In this document: one piece after another, positions 49,010 to 56,595 of the stretch
Numbering within the stretch: position 1 is the stretch's first letter
Layout: each line of letters begins with the position of its first letter
NCBI GenBank assembly: GCA_026399075.1
Contig: JAPLRR010000089.1
Span: forward strand, 13,149-77,148
From: Methylococcales bacterium
GTDB lineage: Bacteria > Pseudomonadota > Gammaproteobacteria > Methylococcales > Methylomonadaceae
Length of the DNA: 64,000 bases
Direction: 5' to 3'
Translations under genes and position numbers: made by a program
Notes under the pieces: model-generated
The model's database searches: none
Told to the model about the DNA's origin: nothing
What the model saw: only the letters and a program-made list of their open reading frames with translations

Positions 49010-49999
49010 TTAGCATCCCCAGCGCAATGCCGCCGTATGGACTGGGGCATCCCAAAGCGCCAGCAGTTCATCGTCAAGTAGGCTCAAGGTGATTGAGCAT
49101 CCCGCCATGTCGATGGATGTGGTGTAATTGCCCACTAAAGAACGGACTATCTTGATACCACGCTGTTCCCAATAATTGGCTGCCAAGTCATAAATCAAAT
49201 GCAGTTCCATCAACGGCGTGGCGCCAAAGCCGTTCACATGCAGCAATGCTGTTTGGCCTTGGGCGGGTTTCAAGTCATCATCAATCATCCCCGCCATGTG
49301 CGCGACAATGTCTGTGGCACTGCTTAGCTTTAGTGTTGCATGGCCACGCTCACCATGAATGCCCACCCCCATTTCCATGTCTGTGTCGCTGATGTCAAAT
49401 GTGGGTTTGCCCAAGGCCGGCACAGTGCAGCTGCTAAGCGCCACGCCCATTGAAGCCGTGGCGTTGTTGACCTTTTCACCCAAGGCTTTACAGCAGGCCA
49501 AGTCGGCACCTTGCTCGGCCGCCGCCCCAACAATTTTTTCTACAATCAGCGTGCCAGCAACACCGCGCCGTCCGGTGCTATGGGTTTTAGGCAAAGACAC
49601 ATCGTCGCAGACCAGAACGGAAGCATTGGAGCAATCCAGCATCTCAGCGGCCATTTCAAAATTCATCACGTCCCCCGCGTAATTTTTGACGATAAATAAT
49701 ACCCCGCCGCCATTTTCAACCGCAGCGGCGGCGGCCAGCATTTGGTCAGGGGTAGGGGATGTGAAAATTTGGCCGGGGCAGGCGGCATCTAACATGCCCG
49801 TACCGACAAAGCCTGTATGCAGCGGCTCATGGCCTGAGCCGCCACCAGAAATCAATGCCACTTTGCCAGGTTTGGTGGGATTAACGCGCTGGATAAAATT
49901 GGGCTGGGTGTTGAGTTGGATAATATCAGCATGGGCCTTGGCAAAGCCCAGCAAGCTTTCATCCAGCAACGTATCAGTGGAATTGATAAATTTTTTCAT
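49010..49999 (-). CDS. dhaK: Dihydroxyacetone kinase subunit K (Dak1, DHA-binding)
   Basis: 329 aa with ALISGGGSGHEPLHTGFVG and VKNYAGDVMNFEMA. Confidence 0.9.
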   Translation of the reverse strand: MKKFINSTDTLLDESLLGFAKAHADIIQLNTQPNFIQRVNPTKPGKVALISGGGSGHEPLHTGFVGTGMLDAACPGQIFTSPTPDQMLAAAAAVENGGGVLFIVKNYAGDVMNFEMAAEMLDCSNASVLVCDDVSLPKTHSTGRRGVAGTLIVEKIVGAAAEQGADLACCKALGEKVNNATASMGVALSSCTVPALGKPTFDISDTDMEMGVGIHGERGHATLKLSSATDIVAHMAGMIDDDLKPAQGQTALLHVNGFGATPLMELHLIYDLAANYWEQRGIKIVRSLVGNYTTSIDMAGCSITLSLLDDELLALWDAPVHTAALRWGC

Positions 50000-50019
50000 G
50001 GTGGCGGCTCCTGATTTGA

Positions 50020-50874
50020 TTAGTGGGTTGTGTGGGGTGGCGGTGTTTGGTTACGTAATGCTTGGGTCACGGCGCGGATATCAGGCATGACCCAATCTGG
50101 TTGGTAAGCGGATGTTTTCAGATCTTCTTCGGATGATATGCCCGTTAACACCATAATGCTGCGGATACCAGTGCGGACTGCACCTAAAATGTCCGTTTCC
50201 AAGCGGTCGCCGAGGGCGACGGTTTGTTCGGGGCTAGTGCCCAGTAGGGCGAGGGCTTGCTGATAAATAATCGGCTCAGGTTTGCCAATGACGGTCGGCG
50301 CAACACCAGTGGCAACTTGCAGGGCGGCTAAGATTGCGCCATTACCATGGGTAACGCCACGTTCTGTGGGTAAGGTTGTATCGGCATTCGTGCCAATAAA
50401 TTTTGCCCCGGCATTGATGTTTAGGGTTGCCGTTGCTAGTTTAGCCCAGGTTAAAGTTTCATCCTTGCCGCAAACAACCACGTCCGCGCCAATTTTATCC
50501 GGATTGTTTGGGTCATTGACTTCGTAAAGGCCAGTTAAGGTAAATCCCCGCTCAAGCAACGGCTGGGTGGCACCATCTTCGCCCACGACAAATACCCGGG
50601 TTGTTTCCGGGGACATTTGGCCGCTTAGATACAATGCAGTGGCGGTGCCAGAAGTCAGGATTTGCTGTTTATCCACGGTAACCCCCATATTCGCCAACTT
50701 GGTTACATATTGCCCAGGCGTTAAACTGGCGTTGTTTGTTGCCAGGATGTATCGGATGTCCAATTCGTGCAAAGCCTGAAAAAAATCTGCCAGCCCAGCA
50801 ATTGCTTGGGTGCCATGCCATAAAACACCATCCATGTCGATGATGAGTGCGCGGATATTGGTAAAAGCCTGCAT
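50020..50874 (-). CDS. HAD-IIA family sugar-phosphate phosphatase (NagD-like)
   Basis: 284 aa with IIDMDGVLWHG (DxDG), ATNNAS and GDRLETDILG. It lies 20 nt upstream of dhaK on the same strand. Confidence 0.8.
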   Translation of the reverse strand: MQAFTNIRALIIDMDGVLWHGTQAIAGLADFFQALHELDIRYILATNNASLTPGQYVTKLANMGVTVDKQQILTSGTATALYLSGQMSPETTRVFVVGEDGATQPLLERGFTLTGLYEVNDPNNPDKIGADVVVCGKDETLTWAKLATATLNINAGAKFIGTNADTTLPTERGVTHGNGAILAALQVATGVAPTVIGKPEPIIYQQALALLGTSPEQTVALGDRLETDILGAVRTGIRSIMVLTGISSEEDLKTSAYQPDWVMPDIRAVTQALRNQTPPPHTTH

Positions 50875-51029
50875 GATGGTTAAAGTTCCCCTGGGGTAGT
50901 GCTTGGATTGTTTTCGGATAGCTTTGGATTTTTGGTGCTATTCTAGCGGCAAAATTAACCGGCAGCTGTTAATTTTAAGGCTGATTTTTTTGGGGGGGAG
51001 CAATTGCGGGAAAATCTTGGTTGATGCTT

Positions 51030-51116
51030 TGGTACCGAGAAGAGGACTTGAACCTCCACGAGCTTGCGCCCACTAGCACCTGAAGCTAGCGTGTCTACCA
51101 ATTTCACCATCTCGGC
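51030..51116 (-). tRNA. tRNA-Leu (anticodon CAG)
   Basis: The minus strand reads GCCGAGAUGGUGAAAUUGGUAGACACGCUAGCUUCAGGUGCUAGUGGGCGCAAGCUCGUGGAGGUUCAAGUCCUCUUCUCGGUACCA. It folds as a cloverleaf with a long variable arm, anticodon loop CUAGC-UUCAGGU-GCUAG, a GGUUCAAGUCC T-arm and an encoded CCA. It is close to E. coli tRNA-Leu(CAG). Confidence 0.92.
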
Positions 51117-51337
51117 AAAGATTTGCTATAAAAGCAATGTGAATGCCAACTATACCTAACTGCTTGGCTATTGTCAATTAAAACCCCCTCTTGATTGTGG
51201 GTTGTTGCCTTTACTGGCGGTTTGACGGCTAGGTTCGTCAAGGCTTTCTATATTTTCCATTCTAATCGATGGGTTAAGCATGTATCATATAAGGGAATTG
51301 CTTAATTCAGTCAATCCTCTTATATCACATTACGTTA

Positions 51338-53593
51338 ATGCCCTTGAAGTCTAAAAAAGACGTTGATTTTAAATCAACAAAAGATCCATACGCCCAGCGC
51401 GAAGCTGAAAAGTATGAAAACCCCATCCCTAGCCGGGAGTTGATACTCCTGGCCTTAGAACAGGCCGGCAAACCCTTGTCGCGCGTAGACATTGCCGACG
51501 CATTCGCGCTGGACAATGAAGAAAATCTGGAGGCATTGCGCCGCCGACTTAGGGCCATGGAACGGGATGGGCAATTATTGTTCAACCGTAGCCAACAGTA
51601 CTGCTTGGTCAACAACAAAGACCTGATAGTCGGGCGCATTATCGGCCATGCCGATGGTTTTGGCTTTGTTCGTCCTGATGATGGTTCAGACGATTTGTAT
51701 TTGTCGCCCCGCGAAATGAACCCCTTGCTACATAATGACCGGGCTATGGTGCGGATAGCCGGCATCGACAAAAAAGGCCGCCGGGAAGGCGCGGTGGTTG
51801 AAATTCTGGAGCGTAACACCCACCAAATTGTAGGCCGTCTTTATAAAGAAGACGGTTTTATCTATGTTGTGCCAGACAATAAAAATATCGCCCAAACGGT
51901 CTTAGTGCAAAAAGGCGGGGCGGGTAAAGCCAAGCAAGGGCAAATCGTGATTGCCGAAATTGTCGAGCAACCCACCAAACTGCGCCAGCCCATAGGCCGT
52001 ATCATTGAAGTGCTGGGCGACCATCTTGCGCCTGGCATGGAAATCGAAATGGCGATACGCGCGCATGAGTTGCCGCATATTTGGCCTGAAGAATTGCTGG
52101 AAGAAATTAAAACCTTAAGTGCTGAAGTCCCCGAAGCTGCCAAAGAAAACCGTGTCGATTTGCGCAATATCCCCTTAGTCACTATCGACGGCGAAGACGC
52201 GCGCGATTTTGACGATGCCGTGTATTGCAAAAAAACCCCAAAAGGCTGGAAATTGCTAGTAGCGATTGCCGACGTGTCACATTATGTGCAAGTCAATAGC
52301 GAGCTGGATAAAGAAGCCAAAAAACGCAGCACTTCGGTGTATTTTCCTGAGCAAGTCATCCCGATGTTGCCGGAAATATTGTCCAACGGTCTGTGTTCAC
52401 TGAACCCAAACGTGGACCGTTTATGTATGGTCTGCGAACTGCTGATCGATGCCCAAGGGCTAGTGTTGCGCACCAAGTTTTATGAAGCCGTGATGCGCTC
52501 GCACGCACGGCTGACTTATACCGAAGTTGCCAGTATGCTGGTCGATGGCGATAAAGGGCTGGCGGAAAAATACAAACCCTTAATGCCGCATTTGCGCGAA
52601 CTTTACGCCTTGTACAATGTCATGCGCATCCAACGCGAGCTGCGCGGGGCGATGGATTTTGACACCCAAGAAACCCGCATCGTGTTTGGCAAAGACCGAA
52701 AAATTGAAAAAATCATCCCCGTGGTGCGCAATGATGCCCATAAGTTGATTGAAGAATTCATGATTACCGCCAACAGCGCGGCGGCAAGATACCTCAATGC
52801 CAAAAAAATCCCGCGTTTATTGCGTATCCACGATGGCCCTAGTGTTGATAAATTATTAAACCTGAAAACCTTTTTAGGTGAACTGGGCTTAAAGTTTGGT
52901 GGCGGCGTTAATCCTTCGCCTTTAGATTATATGCACTTGGTTGATTCGATTAAAGATCGCCCTGATGCGCACCTGATCCAAACCGTGTTGCTGCGCTCGA
53001 TGTCGCAAGCCGTGTACAGCCCTGACACCAAAGGCCATTTTGGTTTGGCGCTAGAGGCTTATGCGCATTTCACTTCGCCGATCCGCCGTTATCCCGATTT
53101 GCTGGTACACCGCGCCATCCGCCATTGTTTGTCAGGCAAAAAAGTCGAGGCGTTTGTTTATGGGATGCCCGACATGGTATTGCTGGGCGAACAATGTTCC
53201 GCCTACGAACGCCGCGCCGACGAAGCCACCCGCGACGTGGTCAGCTGGCTGAAATGCGAATACATGATGGACAAAATCGGCGAAGAATTCCCCGGCATCA
53301 TTTCCGCTGTCACTTCGTTTGGGTTTTTTGTCGAACTCGCCGATATTTTTGTCGAAGGCTTGGTGCATATCAGCAACTTAGGCCAAGATTATTTTCACTT
53401 TGACCCGACCAGCCACCAATTAAAAGGCGAGCGCACCGGCATGAATTTCCGTTTAGGCGATAGCGTTAAAATTCGTGTGGCACGCGTGGATTTGGACGAA
53501 AAGAAAATGGATTTTGAGTTATTGCAAAAACAGGGTTCGGCGAAAACAGCGGATGGCAGTGGTAAGGTTAAGAAGAAGCGGCGTAAGAAATAG
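51338..53593 (+). CDS. rnr: Ribonuclease R
   Basis: 751 aa with an N-terminal HTH/cold-shock region, an RNB catalytic domain (TIDGEDARDFDDAV), a C-terminal S1 domain (FPGIISAVTSFGFFVEL) and a lysine-rich tail. Confidence 0.95.
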   Translation: MPLKSKKDVDFKSTKDPYAQREAEKYENPIPSRELILLALEQAGKPLSRVDIADAFALDNEENLEALRRRLRAMERDGQLLFNRSQQYCLVNNKDLIVGRIIGHADGFGFVRPDDGSDDLYLSPREMNPLLHNDRAMVRIAGIDKKGRREGAVVEILERNTHQIVGRLYKEDGFIYVVPDNKNIAQTVLVQKGGAGKAKQGQIVIAEIVEQPTKLRQPIGRIIEVLGDHLAPGMEIEMAIRAHELPHIWPEELLEEIKTLSAEVPEAAKENRVDLRNIPLVTIDGEDARDFDDAVYCKKTPKGWKLLVAIADVSHYVQVNSELDKEAKKRSTSVYFPEQVIPMLPEILSNGLCSLNPNVDRLCMVCELLIDAQGLVLRTKFYEAVMRSHARLTYTEVASMLVDGDKGLAEKYKPLMPHLRELYALYNVMRIQRELRGAMDFDTQETRIVFGKDRKIEKIIPVVRNDAHKLIEEFMITANSAAARYLNAKKIPRLLRIHDGPSVDKLLNLKTFLGELGLKFGGGVNPSPLDYMHLVDSIKDRPDAHLIQTVLLRSMSQAVYSPDTKGHFGLALEAYAHFTSPIRRYPDLLVHRAIRHCLSGKKVEAFVYGMPDMVLLGEQCSAYERRADEATRDVVSWLKCEYMMDKIGEEFPGIISAVTSFGFFVELADIFVEGLVHISNLGQDYFHFDPTSHQLKGERTGMNFRLGDSVKIRVARVDLDEKKMDFELLQKQGSAKTADGSGKVKKKRRKK

Positions 53594-53600
53594 CAACATG

Positions 53601-53629
53601 GTTGGGTTAGGTGCTAGCCGTAACCCGAC
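53601..53629. repeat. REP-like hairpin downstream of rnr (GTTGGGTTAG-N9-GTAACCCGAC)
   Basis: Imperfect ~9-bp inverted repeat 8 nt after the rnr stop, at the left border of the AT-rich cassette. Confidence 0.4.
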
Positions 53630-53686
53630 AAAGACGCTTAAATTTACCTGAACTAAACAGCCATTAAACTTTAAAGAGATTTAGTT

Positions 53687-55075
53687 ATGAAATTTATTGA
53701 CGTAAAAGTCAAAAATTTGGGAAGACTAAAAGAGGCGGAATTTCACATTCGCCCGATGACGGTGATTACTGGCCCGAATGGGACAGGCAAAAGCTTTTTC
53801 ACTAAGTCATTGTATTCTATTTTAAATGTCATTAATAAAAATGTGTACCATGAATCGGTTACACAAACGATAAGGCAAATTCATCTTCAATTTGATGCGC
53901 TTGTTGGTACTATTCCCTGGGCTGGCACAGATGATTTTACGTTTAAGGCTAGGATAAAACGTAAACTTGATGATTTACAAAGTGAGTTTGACGTTGCCAG
54001 TAGTTGGAAAATTAATGATTATTTAACATTTTCTATTTCAAAAGTTGATGCTGTTGAATCAATGCGTAAATCCTTTTCCTATTATTTAAGTGATCTTACG
54101 AGTAAGCCAACAAAAAGCAATTCCATTACAAGTATTTCTAAGGCGATTAATAAAAGCTTTGATATTTTTATAATACAGCTTAAAAATCCATCAAAGCATT
54201 ATGATGATTTATTTGATGCACAAATTCAAAATGAACTGAAAGATAATTTCCAAATTTCTTTGTTAAGCGAACTCATTAGCTTTGGGGAAGAAAAGATTGA
54301 AATTAACATTGAAGATCTTTTAGAGATTGAATTAAGCAATAATAAGAATAAATTCAAACTCGGGACAGATTTTATTGATGATGTTTCCAGCTTATCCAGC
54401 GTCGTTTTTTTTGAATCACCTGCCTATTGGAAGGTGAGAGACGCATTAAAATCAGCAAAAAATAATCTAAATATCCCGCCTTGGATGGTTAAGAAAAAGA
54501 ATGATGTTTTAACAGGTGTCCCCAAATATTTTTATGATTTGGATAACGCGCTAAACACCAAAACAAAAACCGAAGGTAAGTTTAAAAAAGCAGCCGCGTT
54601 ATTAGAGGCGACTCTAGGCGGCGAATTTGTTTTTAAAGATGACAACCTAAGCTTTAAAGATAATGCCGGACGGGAAATATCCAAAAACCTAGTTTCTTTT
54701 GGCATGACTAACTTAGGCATGATTCAGGCTTTACTCAAGCACAATGTGATTACCGATGGCTCATTTGTGTTTATTGACGAGCCAGAAACCAATTTGCATC
54801 CCGATTGGCAAGTGAAGTTGATGGAAGTGTTGCTGGTTTTGGCGCAGGAAGGGGTAAATATTGTCATTACCACCCACAGCACAGATTTATTAAAAGCCCT
54901 AGAGGTTAATTTAAAATTACAACAAATACCCCCCGCAGATTTTCTTTCCGTCCATTATGTGGAATTAGACGGCAAGTTGTTGGAATTTGAATCTAAAAAC
55001 TCTGATGCACAACTAGTCGAGGCAAGGACTTTGCTAAATTCGGCTTACGAAACACTTTATTTCAGTGCTTTGTAG
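53687..55075 (+). CDS. AAA_21/ABC-type ATPase with a long helical insertion (defence-system-type ATPase)
   Basis: 462 aa with AT-rich codons. Walker A is VITGPNGTGKSFF, the signature-like segment is SFGMTNLGMI, the Walker B/D-loop is FVFIDEPETNLHPD and the H-loop is ITTHS. About 290 aa rich in K/N/D/S lie between Walker A and the signature. Confidence 0.8.
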   Translation: MKFIDVKVKNLGRLKEAEFHIRPMTVITGPNGTGKSFFTKSLYSILNVINKNVYHESVTQTIRQIHLQFDALVGTIPWAGTDDFTFKARIKRKLDDLQSEFDVASSWKINDYLTFSISKVDAVESMRKSFSYYLSDLTSKPTKSNSITSISKAINKSFDIFIIQLKNPSKHYDDLFDAQIQNELKDNFQISLLSELISFGEEKIEINIEDLLEIELSNNKNKFKLGTDFIDDVSSLSSVVFFESPAYWKVRDALKSAKNNLNIPPWMVKKKNDVLTGVPKYFYDLDNALNTKTKTEGKFKKAAALLEATLGGEFVFKDDNLSFKDNAGREISKNLVSFGMTNLGMIQALLKHNVITDGSFVFIDEPETNLHPDWQVKLMEVLLVLAQEGVNIVITTHSTDLLKALEVNLKLQQIPPADFLSVHYVELDGKLLEFESKNSDAQLVEARTLLNSAYETLYFSAL

Positions 55076-55081
55076 GCGCGT

Positions 55082-55684
55082 ATGTCCATTGAACTCTCTG
55101 TATTTTTACAAACGGTTGAACATTCCAAAGGCACTGAAACCTCTGGATTAATGGCTTATAAGCTGGATGATGCTGATGGCATTGATGATGCTGATGGCAT
55201 TGCCGAGGCTATAGGCTTTAAAACACATGTCATTAACAAGGTAGATTATTTTCTGGAGCTAGGCGCACATGTGCAATTGATTGAATGCTCCGATCTTCAA
55301 GACGACATAGCGCGTTGTCACAGTCATATTGGTCAGGCTTTAGAAAAACTGCGCCAAGATACCAGTATTTCAGAAAAATGGAAAAGGGAGCAGTTAAATG
55401 TCATCAAGAAAGAAGTGTGGCGAGAACTTCGTGATGAGTTTTTTAAAAAATGGAGTGGCTCTATCGCAGTTATTGAGCGCTTGTACCGTAAAACGAATCG
55501 CCCTAGTGATATTGACCCCAGCTATAGCTTGTTGATTGTTTGCAAGAATAACACTGATGTACGGATGTTGGATGCGTTCAGAGAAATATTAGACGGGCAA
55601 TGTCGCATGGGGAAGCCCGTGATTGTTTGTAACACCCAACACCTTCCTCAAAACTTAATTAAGCTGATCAGCGCTGCTGGATAG
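55082..55684 (+). CDS. Hypothetical 200-aa protein, partner of the AAA_21 ATPase (no recognisable domain)
   Basis: The start lies 6 nt after the ATPase stop. There are no TM segments or signal peptide. The N-terminus is acidic and contains the tandem DDADGI DDADGI. The central helix is K/E/R-rich (EKWKREQLNVIKKEVWRELRDEFFKKW). I could not find an HNH, TOPRIM or PD-(D/E)xK motif with confidence. Confidence 0.6.
   Translation: MSIELSVFLQTVEHSKGTETSGLMAYKLDDADGIDDADGIAEAIGFKTHVINKVDYFLELGAHVQLIECSDLQDDIARCHSHIGQALEKLRQDTSISEKWKREQLNVIKKEVWRELRDEFFKKWSGSIAVIERLYRKTNRPSDIDPSYSLLIVCKNNTDVRMLDAFREILDGQCRMGKPVIVCNTQHLPQNLIKLISAAG
55166..55201 (+). repeat. Perfect 18-bp tandem duplication (GATGATGCTGATGGCATT x2) inside the partner gene
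   Basis: Read directly from the sequence. It encodes DDADGI-DDADGI in frame. Confidence 0.9.
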
Positions 55685-55717
55685 CTTACACAACCTGTAA
55701 TCCTGCCAAAATTCATC

Positions 55718-56461
55718 ATGAAACTCAGCAAACTCTACGGCCTACACTCCGTGCAAGCCGCCCTTGATTATTCCCCCAGCAAAATCCAACAAGCGTGGCT
55801 GGACAGCGGGCGGCAAGACAAACGCCTTAACCAACTTAGTGAAGACTTATTGGCTTTAGGCATTACCCCCGAAAAAGTCGATAAAAAACGCCTAGATCGT
55901 TTGGCGGATGGCAGCAACCACCAAGGCATCGTGATTGCAGTGGAAATGCCGGGCGAATTGTCTGAACACGAACTCAAAACGGCTGTGGAAAACCTTAACG
56001 AACCGGCGCTGTTTTTGGTGTTGGACAATATCCAAGACCCCCATAATTTGGGTGCGTGTTTGCGTACGGCAGATGCCACCGGCGTGCATGGCGTGATTAT
56101 CACCAAAGACAAAGCTACGGGCATTACCCCGACGGTGTGCAAAGTCGCCAGTGGCGCGGCGGAAACTGTGCCAGTTTATCAGGTGACTAATTTGTCGCGC
56201 ACCTTGCGGTGGCTCAAAGACGAAGGCTTATGGATTATTGGTGCGGCTGGGGGAACGGCGGATAGCCTTTATAAAACCGATTTTACCGTGCCGATGGCTT
56301 TGGTGATGGGCGCGGAAGGCACGGGTTTACGGCGTTTGACCAAAGACCATTGCGATATGTTGGTGGCGGTGCCGATGCTGGGGCAGGTGGATAGCTTAAA
56401 TGTGTCGGTGGCAACTGGCGTGTTGCTTTATGAGGCGGTGCGTCAGCGCTTGCAGTCTTAA
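55718..56461 (+). CDS. rlmB: 23S rRNA (guanosine-2'-O-)-methyltransferase RlmB (SpoU/TrmH family)
   Basis: 247 aa with an N-terminal SpoU_sub_bind region (LYGLHSVQAAL) and the SPOUT motifs LDNIQDPHNLGACLRTADA, LVMGAEGTGLR and SLNVSVATGVLLYE. Confidence 0.9.
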   Translation: MKLSKLYGLHSVQAALDYSPSKIQQAWLDSGRQDKRLNQLSEDLLALGITPEKVDKKRLDRLADGSNHQGIVIAVEMPGELSEHELKTAVENLNEPALFLVLDNIQDPHNLGACLRTADATGVHGVIITKDKATGITPTVCKVASGAAETVPVYQVTNLSRTLRWLKDEGLWIIGAAGGTADSLYKTDFTVPMALVMGAEGTGLRRLTKDHCDMLVAVPMLGQVDSLNVSVATGVLLYEAVRQRLQS

Positions 56462-56595
56462 AGCCACTGCATCCACTTTTCGTGCTTAAGGGGTGCAAGC
56501 CACCATAAATACATTTATAAATATTAGAACTTTCTAACAAACTCATGTATTATCCGCTACAAATAGGGTATTCCTGTTTATTAGTGAGGTTTTTC

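Noticed and set aside
50875-51337. Possible genomic island or integrase attachment at tRNA-Leu
   Set aside because: No integrase, direct repeat of the tRNA 3' end or composition shift flanks the tRNA. The neighbours (HAD-dhaK, rnr) are housekeeping genes. The AT-rich cassette lies beyond rnr and is not contiguous with the tRNA.
51325-51819. 164-aa minus-strand ORF
   Set aside because: It is antisense to the 5' part of rnr. Its S/R-rich composition suggests a shadow ORF.
55082-55684. Assigning the ATPase partner to RloB/TOPRIM or PD-(D/E)xK nuclease families
   Set aside because: The weak resemblances (VEHSKGTE; DDADG; VDYFLE...LIECS) have the wrong spacing and residues for those motifs. By eye the evidence is too weak to make the call.
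56545-56595. Upstream start (MYYPLQIGYSCLLVRFF) for the multihaem cytochrome
   Set aside because: The ATG at 56596 has a GAGG SD and gives a canonical signal peptide. The extension would bury the signal sequence.
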